Of a DNA stretch of 64,000 nucleotides, positions 1 through 14,053 are shown one piece after another. Position 1 is the first letter of the stretch; each line of letters begins with the position of its first letter. Source of the stretch: Octopus sinensis (lineage: Eukaryota). The position numbers and the translations under genes were made by a program. The stretch spans positions 17,360,001 through 17,424,000 of the forward strand of contig NC_043016.1 of NCBI RefSeq assembly GCF_006345805.1, given 5' to 3'. The notes beneath the pieces are model-generated. The model was not told where the DNA came from, did no database searches, and worked only from the letters and a program-made list of their open reading frames with translations.

Positions 1-623
1 ATGGATCAGCTTCTGGAAGGATTCTCTCTCAAGTGCCATGCTAGGCAAAAATTTTATTGAAGTATTGAAGGCTGCAGTTGCCTATACAGGAAGGGCTTCT
101 CTCTCTATGTTACTGAGAAAGGGCCTATGATAACTTGGGTCATGATAGACACTACTGTCACATTGCAAAAGGCTGGACAGATATTCTGAGGCCAATATTC
201 TTTTTTTTTTTTTTTTTGTGTGTGAAAGAGCAACTGTATTAAATTGAATTGATTTCAGTATTTACAAGTATTTGCAGTAGCTGGAACAAAGAGCAAGTAC
301 AACCTACAAAGCATTTAAAATAAAGTAATATTGAGTTAAATGTTTTCTGAAGTATTTACTCCTGTTTTCTTACAATATCAATTCTGTTGTGCTGTGACAT
401 CCTTTCTCTAAAATCTCTCAGAAATCAGCAGTTTTAGATGAAAAGAAAATGACAAGTTGCAATAGCCTTGTTTTTCTAAGGCTTTTAAGAATGTAATGAT
501 ATCAATAAGGCCCAAACTGGGCTAAATGAACATATAATTTGAGACCATATGCAACAGAATATCAATGTAATATTAAAATAATATATCATTATAATAATAG
601 AATAACATTTTCTTTAAAATTAG

Positions 624-746
624 ATGTAAATGAATGTACTCAAAAAGTCTGCGGTGAAAATGAAGAATGTTTCAACGAGCCTGGCTCCTATATGTGCCGT
701 TGTATCACCGGATATGAATCTGAAGGAGGCAAATGCAAGAAACGAG
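624..746 (+). CDS. Nid: Nidogen exon (window exon 1), calcium-binding EGF
   Basis: tag|AT..CGAG|gtatgc, phase 1-1; [38 protein letters not shown] fits the cbEGF consensus. Confidence 0.92.
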
Positions 747-3700
747 GTATGCAAATAATGAGATCTTTATTTTGTTGTTGTTGCTTAGTTCCAGGTTAGC
801 TCTGATCAAGCAGATCTATGACTAAAAGCGTTCTTTTCAGTGACCACCCTGTCTTTTTAAGCGTTATCTAAGACTACACTATCCAACGTATCTTTTCATT
901 AAGAGTTAGTTTGTTATTTCCAAAGAGATTTTGTTGGTATTTCTTGTAAGCTAAATTGTACCATAGAAGAACCTCTTCTGGATAATTCATCTTCTGTTTT
1001 ACTACATCGTACTAATGAACAAAATCTACAAAAGTTATTGCTGTAATTTTGTTCCCAGTAGTCCCCAGGCATTCCAGCTGTGACCATATCTGCTAAGTTC
1101 ACCATCTACTGCCTTTTTTACCTACAAAATAGTTTTTAACTATTAATGGTGAGGTATTGTGGATATATTTTCTCAGTAAACCTTCCTTGCAGTGAGATTT
1201 CCTGATGTGAATTGATGGCAGTGAACATATCTGTAATCAGCTGTGACAATCCTCTTCTTATTTACATATCTGGTAGATCTTACAGCTGCGTTATTCAATA
1301 TGTTCATTCCTTTTTTAGACAATAGGTTGTAATTTGAGGGAGATTTGGATGGTTTCTAACAATCTCCCATCATTTGGCTTAACCCTTTCGTGACTGTATT
1401 TATTTTGAGATGCTCTGAGTATCTTTTAATTACTTAAAATATAACAAAGGAACATAAATTGTGACTAAGGTTTGGTGGAAGATTTTGATTCAAAACTTAT
1501 GAAAACAAGACATTTGTACTCAAAGCCAGAGGCGGTTTCAGCTGGTTTGGTAACGAATGGGTTAATGTATATAATTGAATTTGTTGATAAAAAAGTGCTT
1601 TTCTGATTATGTAGAAATGAAATGTCTGTTAAAATGTAATCTTTCTCTTTTTAGACTGCCCTGAACAATGTCATGAACATGCTCAGTGTGTCTATAATTA
1701 TAATACTCGGTCTCCCAAATGTGAGTGCAATGCAGGCTTCAGAGGTGATGGACATTACTGTGAACTTATAGGTAATTATTGATTTTTAGGAATTTTTTTT
1801 TTTTTTACTTGTTTTAATTTATTGTAGCTGGCATATTATCGATAATAGGTGGTTGTCCTTACTTGTGGAACAACTAATGCAACAAGTTTTCATCAAATCA
1901 GTGATGGAGATAGAAGTGGTGGGGCTGAGATGCACAGAGGGATAACTTACCATTATTTTGCGGCTCAGAGTCGGGTGGCTTATAACATTTTCTTCCACTT
2001 TCCCAGTACTGCATTTTCCCTTGCTTCAGTAGCAATTGAGCAGCAGTGGCAGCAGCAGCAGTGACTGCAGTAGGGGTTTAACATTCTAATGGACTGGCAT
2101 TGTATTTGGCGGTTATTGTTTAGTCTCATGGACAGTAGTGCACCCCCCAGTTCCTATATATGTATTCTGTTTTTTTTGGGGTGGTGGGTAGTGGTGGCTA
2201 GTGTCTCATGTGCTCTGTCTCTAAACCAAAACTGTGTGTCATCACCAACGTTTATAAAACACAAATTTCTTCATTTTGAGGGTTGATACGTTAAAGTATT
2301 ACTTATTGAGGTTATCTCTACTGATTTTCCATAGAATATCTGTAGAGGTAACCGTAACAAGTGATTTAATAGCACTGCTAACATAGAAGAACACAACTCT
2401 GAATTATAAAATATACTTTGTAGTATATTCATCATCATCATCGTCGTTTAACGTCCGTTCTCCATGCTAGCATGGGTTGGACGGTTCGACCGGGGTTCTG
2501 GGAAGCCAGAAGGCTGCACCAGGCTCCAGTCTAATTTGGCAATGTTTCTACAGCTGGATGCCCTTCCTAACGCCAACCACTCCGTGAGTGTAGTGGGTGC
2601 TTTTTACGTGCCACCTGCACAGGTGCCAGGCGGGGCTGGCAACGGCCACGGTCAGATTGGTGTATTTTATGTGCCACCGGCACGGAAGCCAGTCGAGGCG
2701 GTGCTGGCATCGGCCACGAGTCGGATAGTGCTTTTTACGTACCACCAGACCAGGGATCCTGGCTGGTTCAATTCGATTTCGATTTCGCTTGCCCCAACAT
2801 GTCTTCACAAGCAAAGGGGGTTGGCAAGGGTGCCTGTCGTACGGTCGCATTGGAGTATTTTACGTGCCACGGCCACGAGTCGGATAGTGCTTTTTACGTA
2901 CCACCAGACCAGGGATCCTGGCTGGTTCAATTCGATTTCGATTTCGCTTGCCCCAACATGTCTTCACAAGCAAAGGGGGTTGGCATGGGTGCCTGTCGTA
3001 CGGTCGCATTGGAGTATTTTACGTGCCACGGCCCCGAGTCGGATAGTGCTTTTTACGTACCACCAGGCCAGGGATCCTGGCTGGTTCAATTCGGTTTCGA
3101 TTTCGATTTCGATTTCGCTTGCCCCAACATGTCTTCGCAAGCATGGGGGGTTGGGATGGGTGTCTGTCGTCGGATGAGGTTCTATATCGACTTCGCTTGC
3201 CTCAACCGGTCTTTGTGTCCAAGGGAGGAAAGGCATTCATAAGTGGGCTGGGCTCACTTGTCCTGCCTGGTCTTCTCACGTACAGAATATTTCCAAAGGT
3301 CTCGGTCTCTGGTCATTTCCTCAGTGAGGCCTAAAGTTCGAAGGTCGTGCTTCACCACCTCGTCCCAGGTTTTCCTGGGTCTACCTCTTCCACGGGTTCC
3401 CTCAACTGCTAGGGATTGGCACTTTCTCACACACCTATCTTCATCCATTCTCGCCACATGACCATACCAGCGCAATCGTCTCTCTTGCACACCACAACTG
3501 ATGCTTCTTAGGTACAACATTTCTCTCAAGGTGCTAACGCTCTGTCGAGTATGTACACTGACATTACACATCCATCGGAGCATACTGGCTTCATTCCTCA
3601 CGAGCTTACGCATGTCCTCAGCAGTCACAGCCCATGTTTCGCTGCCATGTAGCATGGTTGTTCGTACACACGCATCATACAGTCTGCCTTTTACTCTGAG

Positions 3701-4794
3701 TGAGAGCCTTTAGTCACCAGCAGAGGTAAGAGCTCCCTAAACTTTGCCCAGGCTATTCTTATTCTAGCAGTTACACTTTCAGCGCACCCACCCCCACTAC
3801 TGACTTGGTCACCTAGATAACGGAAGCTATCAACTACTTATTATAGTTGCATAACAAAATCCGTAACCCTACAAGTCATTAATACTAAGGTTTTAGTCAA
3901 ATATTGTGATTGGTTTAATTGTTTAATCACTCTCACCAAAATCTGTGTCTATGTACCTGTCATCATCATCATCATTTAATGTTCGTGTTCCATGCTAGCA
4001 TGGGTGGGATGGTACCACAAAAGCTGGCCAGGCCAAAGCCTGTCTTAGAAATTATTGTTTTTTTAAGTCACGGAAAAAATTTTTAAAATGGAATTTGTGA
4101 CTCTAGAATTAATGTTTGTGCCACTATAGGAAAAAAAAAAAAATGATTTATGAGAGTGAAACAAATTCTGGCTGAATTCACTGGAAAATTTGAAGATGTT
4201 ATGAGAATGCTTGGACTGTGACTCCTGATTGATTTTCAACCAAAGAATCCTTGCTTTGTATGGATTTGTGACCATTTGATATGTTATGGTGTTTGCTTTT
4301 GGTTTAGAGATTGGGTACATGTGAGACTGGTACAGAATGGAGTATGGTCATATACTTGAGGTATTAGCAGTTCTGTTGTATTCAGTACAAGTGGTACCAA
4401 CATGGCATTTGAAAACCTTAGCTAGATCTATAACCAAGAGTTTTCGGTTAGCCAATCTGTGACAAAATTAGATAAATGAATGAATAAGTGATAATAATAA
4501 ATGAGTGTGAAAGAGAGGGAGAAAGAGATAGAATTGGATCAAGTGAGGGGATCTTAAGTTTGATAATGAAATAGGTAGAATAATGAAATGAACTAATTAA
4601 GGTAATTATGATGATCTGTGCTGAAAGAGAAGGATTTGAGATGTACGAGGTTGAAAGAAGATTGCTTATCTGAACATCTTCTGGTTTTTTACTCTTTTGG
4701 CAAGGTGATTAAAATGAGGTAGGGGAATCTGAGTGAGCTAGTTTATATGGGTGGGGGAGAAGGAGGTAAGTGTTGGGGAAGCAAGTGGTTATTG

Positions 4795-4865
<71 letters not shown>

Positions 4866-7800
4866 AGAATTAGGCTGGTCAAAACGGAACATGAGGGAGA
4901 AAAAAATTTGAATGGATATAAAATTTTGGCATCTCATAAATGCATTTCATATAATAATAAATTTTCACATGAAAAAAATCAACATAATTTTCATGTAATT
5001 CTTAGATATTTTTACTTTGAACTTTGGTATTTTTCTGTTGAATGTTCTCTGTATGTATTATGGATGTTCAGTGTAATTATTATGAAACTATGTAAATATA
5101 AATACATTTCGACTGTAACTATGATATTGTAATTTAAAAATGAATCTGTCAATACCATTGCTATTACGTTCAATGACGTATGGGATTTACAATTTTGTGT
5201 TTACTTAAAGGCAAAACCATTTTACTAAGAGATTCCGCTTGGTTTAGTACAAGAAGTGCATAAAGTGAATGACTCACACCACAGATGACTGTAAAGGGTG
5301 ATGTCAGTACCACATTTGATGGGTCAGATATATAGCTAGTTATAGTTTTAGCAAGTTATCCAGCCAATATATGATAGACACTTCTTTATTGAAAATATAT
5401 TGGAAGATTATGCGATTGATACACTGATTCATTAGTATGTTGTCAAGGCTCTTGTAATATTTTATCTATGCAGTGAAGTCACAAGAGATATATATATTTG
5501 AAAGGTAGGTAAGTTCTAGTAGTATTGGTAGTATTGGTGGTGTTTGTTGATATAATGGTGATTTGAAAATAATGTTTATAGAGAACGTTTCTTAGTGACT
5601 GCACTATTAGTTGATGTAACACAAAAATCCGTCCTCTTGATTATTACTTTTGAGGTGATGATGTGTGGCCTTGTGGTTAGGGTGTTAGGTATTTGGTAAT
5701 GGGTTTCATTTAGGAGCAAATGATACAGGGTGTCCTTCTCCAAGACATTGTGCATTCCATTGTTCCAGTCAATTCAGCTGTAATTGTACAGCAGTGGCAG
5801 TGGCAGTAGCAGTAGCAGCAGCAACAGCAATAGTAGGGGATTAGCACTCTAATGGACTAGCATCCTATTTAGTGGGTGTTTTTCAAATACAGAAATAGCA
5901 ACCACCAACGTTTTATTTCTGCTGTAGGAAGGCTATTGTGATTTGCCCCATTCACCTCAATTCAGTGATGACAGGGATAAAGATGGCAGTGGTGGTGATG
6001 ATGACAGTAACAACTGGTGGAGAATTTCTTGTCTTTGTTGTTGGGTCCCTAATATGACCAAAGGCACTCTAACCATGGCCACGGAAATGGTTGGAGTTGG
6101 ACAAGATTTGTGGACAGATATTGTTTCCATATCTAATTCACGTGGTTGCAGAAATCAAAATGTCTATTCTTTTTTTTTAACTTCCATGTTTGTTACCTGA
6201 AAATGCAACAATTTGTTTTCTTCGATAAAGATAACTATGTGAATATTTATGTTCTATTTCTAGTCTACAGCTGCAATGAAGTAAACAACTGTGGTAAAAA
6301 TGCCGCTTGCGTCTATTCTCCCGAAGACGGAAGATATAAGTGTGAATGTGAATCTGGATTCAGTGGTAATGGAATTGAGTGCAGTACTACAGAACGTAAG
6401 AACACAGAAATCTTTCATTCTTGCTTATCTTGTTTTGAAATTCTCTTAGAATATTGCTACAATATTTATTTTTCTTAAATATCATCTTTAATTTACATGT
6501 GGATGATTTTTATTATAGGAGTTAGATTGCTTAGAGATTATCTTTATTTAACCTTTTTAGATATCAAGCAACATAAAACTGTTCCTGTTTCTCTGACACA
6601 AACTACTTGTTTTGAAGTTATCTTAATTGAAACCTTCAATCAAAATTCATATCAATTTATGTTTCAAACACCAGTTTAATAACGACAAAGTTATTTTCTA
6701 AATTAAAAATTAATTGGATCGAAGGTAGTGGACTTCAACAGAAATATGATAACTAAAGGGTTAAAGTGATCAAGATTTCCATCAAAATTTTATGTTAATT
6801 TATGTTAATTTATGTTTCAACCTTCAGTTTATTAATGACAAAGTTATTTTATTAAATTCTTCATTATTTAAAAAATTAATCTAAACAAAGGCAGTGTAAT
6901 ACAACAGAAATACACTGCTAAACACCAATTAAAAAGGAAATTTCATTTAATTAATATATTTTTTGCATACTGTTCTTAGTACATCCCAACCAAAGTTATT
7001 TATTCAAATTCATACCATCTGCCTATTTCCCTTCCTTTCATTTTTGATTATGCAAATTATAACAGCCAAAATTATTTATAAAGATTTTTTTCTCTAAGTG
7101 AAATTTTCTGCCAACTGATCTTTTCTCTCTTACCTTTTCCCCACAAATACCCTGATTCCATGTCTCTCTCACCTCTCTCCTTCTTTCATGCAAATCTCCC
7201 ACTCACATTCACCTATATAATGTGGAACAGACACAAAGTTTTATTTGCATGGTTTAAACTTTTCGTTCTTTTCTTTTAATTTAATTTGAACAATTAGTTT
7301 TAATTAATTCATGCAAATAATAATTTTTATTTTAAATTTCAGTTGAGGAAAATTGTGAAAATTGTGATCAAAATGCTCATTGTTTCTTTGACACTGAAAG
7401 ACTTTACCATCATTGCCGTTGTAATGCTGGCTTTACTGGAGATGGAAGAACCTGTACTTACATTGGTATGTATCATTGACTCAAAAAAATCTTCCTTCCG
7501 TTCCAAATTTTGACAATAATGTATTATTATTTATAATCTTGTACAATCTTAGGTTATTTGTTTATTGTGTTTGGTTAAATAAATGGATATAATAATTCTA
7601 TGAAATTTCTCCAATTACATTGTGGTTACTTATAAAAATTTTCTTTATAACAACAGATACATGCCGGCAATGCTCCCCTTATGCAGATTGTGTGTTTGAG
7701 CAAACTCTCCAACAACATGTCTGCCGCTGTAAACCACGTTATGAAGGAAATGGTCAACAATGCTCTCCGAGGCGCTGCCCTAGGTGTGGGCAACATGCTA

Positions 7801-10800
7801 GATGCCAATATGATCCAGAACGCAGCACCTATAGATGTGTTTGTGAGCCAGGATACACAGGTATTTTATTAAATTAGTGAAAATAATTGTTTATAAAGAG
7901 TATGATTGTCTAAGTACCTTCTCTGATGTTTAAATTAAGCTGTCATTTATTGGTATGTTCTGTAGAAGTTCACATTTCTGCTATGATATGTTGATATACA
8001 TGATTTAGGTATATATTTAATTATATATATAGATCCACACATGCATATACATACATACTTACAGAGAGAGAGAGGGGGGGGCAGTGATTTGGTATTGATA
8101 ACCCCGATGTTTACTACATTTATTGGCAATTGGAAAATTGAGTAATCTGAAGTTTTGTTCATGCTCCTCTCTGATTATTTGAAAATCCATAGATAATGTA
8201 TACTAACAGATATAGAAGAATAAAGTTAACGTATCATTTTAAAACATCATTTACAATTGTTTCATCATTATCCAATCTAATCAATATTGTATCATTTTGT
8301 AACCAGATCAGCAACCATTAATTTCCATGTACTACAAAAGAAATCCTGTGTTGCTCATGGAAATTAATCAATAGTAGCTGACATGGTTACAAAATGACCC
8401 ATGATTGATTAAATTGTGATGAAAATGCACATTTTTTCTTTGGCACTGAAAGACTTTACCATCATTGTTGTTGTAGTAATGAAATGATTGTAAAAGATGC
8501 ATTAAAATGATTTGTTAAACCCATTCTTCTGTATCACTGTGTGTGTGTGTGTGTGTGTGTGTATTTGAAGAAAGATTTTTCTAAACGTTATTTAGCTATT
8601 GGAAAAAGATCTTAGTAAAATAGAATGACATGAACCTTTCGGAATGAGGGGCATTATTTTTTTTAGAAATTAATTTTATTGCAAAAGATAAGCCAACACA
8701 TTTGAGTCACATTTCAAACCACACTCTTGCATGTTGCTTGTAAACCACGGTTGAGTAACAACTTGTGGGAATTTATTTTATGTGAAGTTTGAGCTTACTT
8801 TGAAAAAGGGATTTTTCTACTTCTTATATATATATATATATATATATAATCAGCAGGGTGGTATGAGGGTTTTGACTTTTTATGGCTTTGTTAAAGGAAA
8901 GCATAAACCAGGAAATATTGTTTAAAATAGTTTTTATTCAATCAAAAGTAGAAAATATAATTAAAATATCTATAAAGCACTGAAAATAATATGTACAAAT
9001 ACAAAATTTTCTAGTTTAATTTAATTTATTCATATTTTTGGTAACTCTGTTACAGGAGATGGAAGATACTGCCAGCCATCAACTTCATGCCATCTTGTCA
9101 ATAACTGTGACCAAAATGCTGACTGTGTGCCAGACAGACGCCAGTCAGGACGCTATATATGTGAATGTAAAACAGGATTTAAAGGAAATGGATTGAAGTG
9201 TGTAGAAAGAGGTATATAATTAATGACATTCAACGATTTTGAGATTTTGGGTATTTTGTGTCTTGGAATTTTCTGCAATGTATTTTATTCCATTTATTTT
9301 TATACATTTTTGTTTTATTTTTTTTTTCCCAGAAATAAGCTGCAATCTACAAAACAACTGTCATGAACATGCAGTGTGTGTTTATCACGATTTAGTACGG
9401 CACTACCAATGCATATGCAAGTCTGGTTATGAAGGAGATGGAATCAATTGCAGAAGGAAGTCACATGGTATAGAATTTAAACATAAACATTTCATTATAA
9501 CAGAAATTATAGAAAGAGTTTGTAGCCTATGTCCTCTGATTACTGTGTCATATTAATTTGCTTTCAAAGTATTGATTGATATTAAATAGTAGGAATTTTG
9601 ATCAAATTTAGCTCCAATATTTCCATGCCTTGCCCATGTTCTGCTCCTAGCTTCTATACAGTAAGTAGTCATAACTCATGACAAAGTACTCAAATGATTA
9701 AAATCTTCCAGTTGCAAAACATTTGGATTTCTTCTATGAGCCTTAAACTGATTCCCATGAGCTTTCACAGCCACATAGACCAATACTCTGGCCTTGATTC
9801 TTTAAAATTGTTTTAATTTTTGCATGCCTTTGTTTTTCATATCAAATACTTCGACATTGCTATATATAATCCTCTACAGGTTTTGAACCGTAATTTTTAA
9901 ACTCACAGAAATTTAAACAATGTTCTGTGTTTTCCTTGTTTGAGGACCAAACTCACAATTTCTCACTTTAGAAGAAGATTTATGCCTTTTCTGTTAACTA
10001 GATTTCAGTTGTAAGTAGAATGACCTGACAAATTCCTAATTGTTTATATCCAAGTTGGAGATAATATTCCTAATAATTTAAACTTGGAATAGTGTTACTA
10101 CTTTAAAGCCAAATCAACAAGAGATATGATTAATGTCGGTGGCACGTAAAAGCACCATCTGTTCGCGTCCGTTGCCAGCCTCGGCTGGCCCCCGTGCCGG
10201 TGACACGTAAAAGCACCGTCCGCTCGTGGCCGTTTGCCAGCTCTGTCTGGCAACCGTGTCGGTGGCACGTAAAAGCACCATCCGTTCGCGTCCGTTGCCA
10301 GCCTCGGCTGGCCCCCATGCCGGTGACACGTAAAAGCACCATCCGTTCGTGGCCGTTCGCCAGCTCTGTCTGGCACCTGTGCAGGTGGCACGTAAAAAAC
10401 ACCCACTACACTCGCGGAGTGGTTGGCGTTAGGAAGGGCATCCAGCCGTAGAAACACTGCCAGATCTGACTGGGCCTGACGAAGCCTTCCAGCTTCACAG
10501 ACCCCAGTTGACCCGTCCAACCCATGCTAGCATGGAAAACGGACGCTAAACGATGATGATGATGATGATGATGATCCTTCCCTTTGTTGGATACACAGAT
10601 TTCATGGAGCAGAGATAGACACAACTGTCTTCAAATTACTCCTCTAAACACGATACTCCAATAAATACAAACTCTCAATGATCTCAATGACTTCCTACAA
10701 CTTCCACGAACTCTCAACGACTCCTACGACCTCTCTTTGACTCAACCAGTATGCTACTGTTTATGAGAGTTTGGCTAGTCCATTCTTCCAATCCCACAGA

Positions 10801-11922
10801 ACTGACAATGACTCTTGCCTCAACAATATCATTGCTTTGTTTTCACACCATTCAATATGTTTGCCTATTTTAAGGTGGTGAGCTGGCAAAATTGTAACCA
10901 CACCAGGCAAGATGCTTGGCACTATTCTATATTTTGGGATGGAGAATTATGTACATTATTTACAATCGACAGATAGGTTTCCTGATTTTGTTTGTTGCTA
11001 TCACAACGTTTCGGTTGATGTACTCTCCAGCCTTCATCAGGTGTTCTGGTGGAATTTTGAACCCAAACCTTTATTTGACAAATGGGGTACACTGTTCTCA
11101 TTGCTAAAGTATGTTGCTGATGTTATTTTTCTGTTGATATTATTTTTCAAGTTCCTGCCTGTGATTGAACGTAGAATCCGAAGGTTAGTAGCCTGCGCTC
11201 TTATCCACTACGCTATATGTCCACAGGAGAGTACATCAGCTGAAACGTTCTGATAACAACAAACAAGATGAGGACACCTATTCATCCATTGTAAATAAAA
11301 TGCTTAACAACGTTTCATCCATCTTTATATTTTGAATTCAAATTCCACCAAGGTCAACTTCTCCTTTCATTCTTTTAGGGTTAATAAAATAAGTACCAGT
11401 GATGTACTGGGGTTGATGTAATTAACTTACATCCCTCCCACAAAATTGCTGGCCTTGTGCCACAACGTGAAACCAATATGTTGGCTTATTCTTCTTCTGG
11501 GGTCTCAAATCCTTTTTTTTAAATATAATAAGATTTTTTTTTTCTTCTTTGGTTTCTATTGATTCAAAAAAATACGTCTATATAACGATGTCTTTTACTT
11601 TCAGAAACTGACTGTGCCATCGACCGTGGTGTGTGTCATGCATATGCAGAGTGCCAAGCCATTAGAGGAAGAAATGTATGCGTTTGCCGTCCAGGATATC
11701 GAGGAGATGGAATTCACTGTTCAGGTATAAATCTTACGTTCATAAATGCATTACATGTTCTTATGGTGATGAAGAATCTAAAGTCATTCATTCAATGATT
11801 GTTTATATTTCAGAATCTCTCATAAACTTACTTCTGAATCCATTCAATGAACTACTTTTGTTCTGTTAGATAGCACCCGCTTCTCACGCACACATCTCAT
11901 ACATGTGTATGCATGTGTGCAT

Positions 11923-11959
<37 letters not shown>

Positions 11960-13958
11960 CACACTCACAAGTGCATCAAATCAAAACTTGGATATTATCA
12001 AATAAACTAGAGCCGTGCCTCTCAACCTTTTCAATGTCTGAACCAGATTTAAAACCTGGATAACCCAATCCACAGTTCACATGATTCCATGAAGATTGTT
12101 AGGGAAGTGTTTGCTGCCTAAGTTTCCCAAAATGAAATAGATACCATAGTATTTTTAATAGGCACACTATGAAGGTATCATATGCAAACTCCACTAACTT
12201 GCACTGCATTGATAACAGGAAAATGAACTAAGTGGTGAATAACCCACTCATTGGGCCCCTTAGCCTATGATAAGGGAACTACTTCCAGCTCTACAATTAG
12301 GAAGGAAAGCAAATATGTAGAACAAGGTGTCAAGAAAAGCAATACCAACCAGAATGAAAAGTACATATTGTAGCCACATCATGATATAACAAGAATAGTG
12401 TCATGACCAATAATGGTAACGGTGATGCCAACAGAGCCACAAATGCAAGTAAATCTTAAAAGTATAGTCACTCCTCAATTGAGTGACTATACTTTTAAAT
12501 TGAGTTGGCAAACTGAGGAGTGACTATACTTTTAAATTGAATTGTTATTGGGATTAAATTGTAATTTAATTGTAATACGAATTGGAGTTATAGTCACAAA
12601 ACGTACATAGTCATTTTACTTATCATATAATGTATATTCATTTTTTTGTACTTTTGTGATGTAAATATATGTTTTATAATATATCTTATATTTTCTATAT
12701 GATATGGTGTATGTGTATCATTGTTTGAATTACATAATAGTGGTTTTTCTCTAATTTATATATATTATATATGACAGTTTAGCTAGGTGTAAATGCACCT
12801 AAGGGATATTAAATATCCAAAGAATTTACTGGTCTATATTACTTATTTCAATAACAATGTTATTTCAATTGGTAAATAAAATAAAGTTTATTAATATATA
12901 AATATAAATTAGAAATGGAAAAACAAAACAAAACAATAAATTGAATTGAATTTATAATTGTTTAATTTATTGCTTTACTTTGTTTTGCTATTTCTGTGTG
13001 TAATGGGCTTCTTTCATGCTCTCTCTACAAAATCCACTGACAATGCTTTGCTTGGCCTGAGGCTATAGTAAAAGACATTTGCCCAAAATGCCATGCAGTG
13101 GGACTGAACCCGGAACCATGTGGTTGAGAAGCAAGCTTATGTCTGTGCTGTCCATGAACAAAGTGTATTCACAAATACATTGGCATGAATGTAGAAACAA
13201 AATTTTTTATCACAGTGATATTAGGCCATAGAATCTTAGAGAAGGCATAAAGTTGATGGATCAAACCCAAATTATATCCCATACTTATTTTATGAAACCT
13301 ATTTGACTGAAATACAAACTTGACCCAAGTGAATGTGAACATAGAATGTAGAACAATGAAACAATGAAGTGCTTGTCACTCATTATGGTATGACACAGTT
13401 TCTGCTATCTTTAGATGACTGATTATTTTTTTATTTTTATAAGCTTTAAAAATTAATTATTGTCTAAATAAAATGTCATCCTGCAATCATCTTTCCAATA
13501 ATATCCTCCATTCAATATCATCAACCATTGAACAATTAAATTTTAACAAACTTTTATTTAGAATTTTATTTCAATGACATATTTAAGTATGTTGCATTCA
13601 AGATTGGAAATTCTTGGAAATTCTGTGCTCTCATTTCAATATTTTAATTTTTCAGCTATTTCTGAAAGTCAAAACTATTTGGTATTTATAAGAGGAAAAA
13701 GTATATTGAAGATGCCTTACTCTCACTCAAGAGACAGAGGAAAGAGGATTTCAAGTATACCAGGTAATATCTTTTAACTTTCTGCTGCTGGAATAATGAA
13801 TACAATGTCATAATTTAAACCTGAATAAAACCTTATCAAATTTTTCTATAGTGAATTTATTTTACTTTTGGAAACTTGCGATATTGTCTTATTTCCAGGA
13901 AGGGTAATTATAATTATAATTATTATTATCATTTTTATCATTATTATTATCATTTTTA

Positions 13959-13992
<34 letters not shown>

Positions 13993-14013
13993 GATTATTA
14001 TTATTATTATTGC

Positions 14014-14053
<40 letters not shown>

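Noticed and set aside
2464-3242. 237-aa and 147-aa + strand repeat ORFs
   Set aside because: Antisense reading of the 159-bp tandem repeat in the RTE 3' UTR.
8411-8475. Mutually exclusive alternative copy of exon 4
   Set aside because: It is a partial copy without acceptor or donor sites and has lost a cysteine; treated as a non-coding insertion.
10135-10403. CRISPR-like array of ~19-nt repeats with ~42-nt spacers
   Set aside because: The spacers are homologous to one another, the array is part of an RTE 3' UTR, there are no cas genes and the context is eukaryotic.
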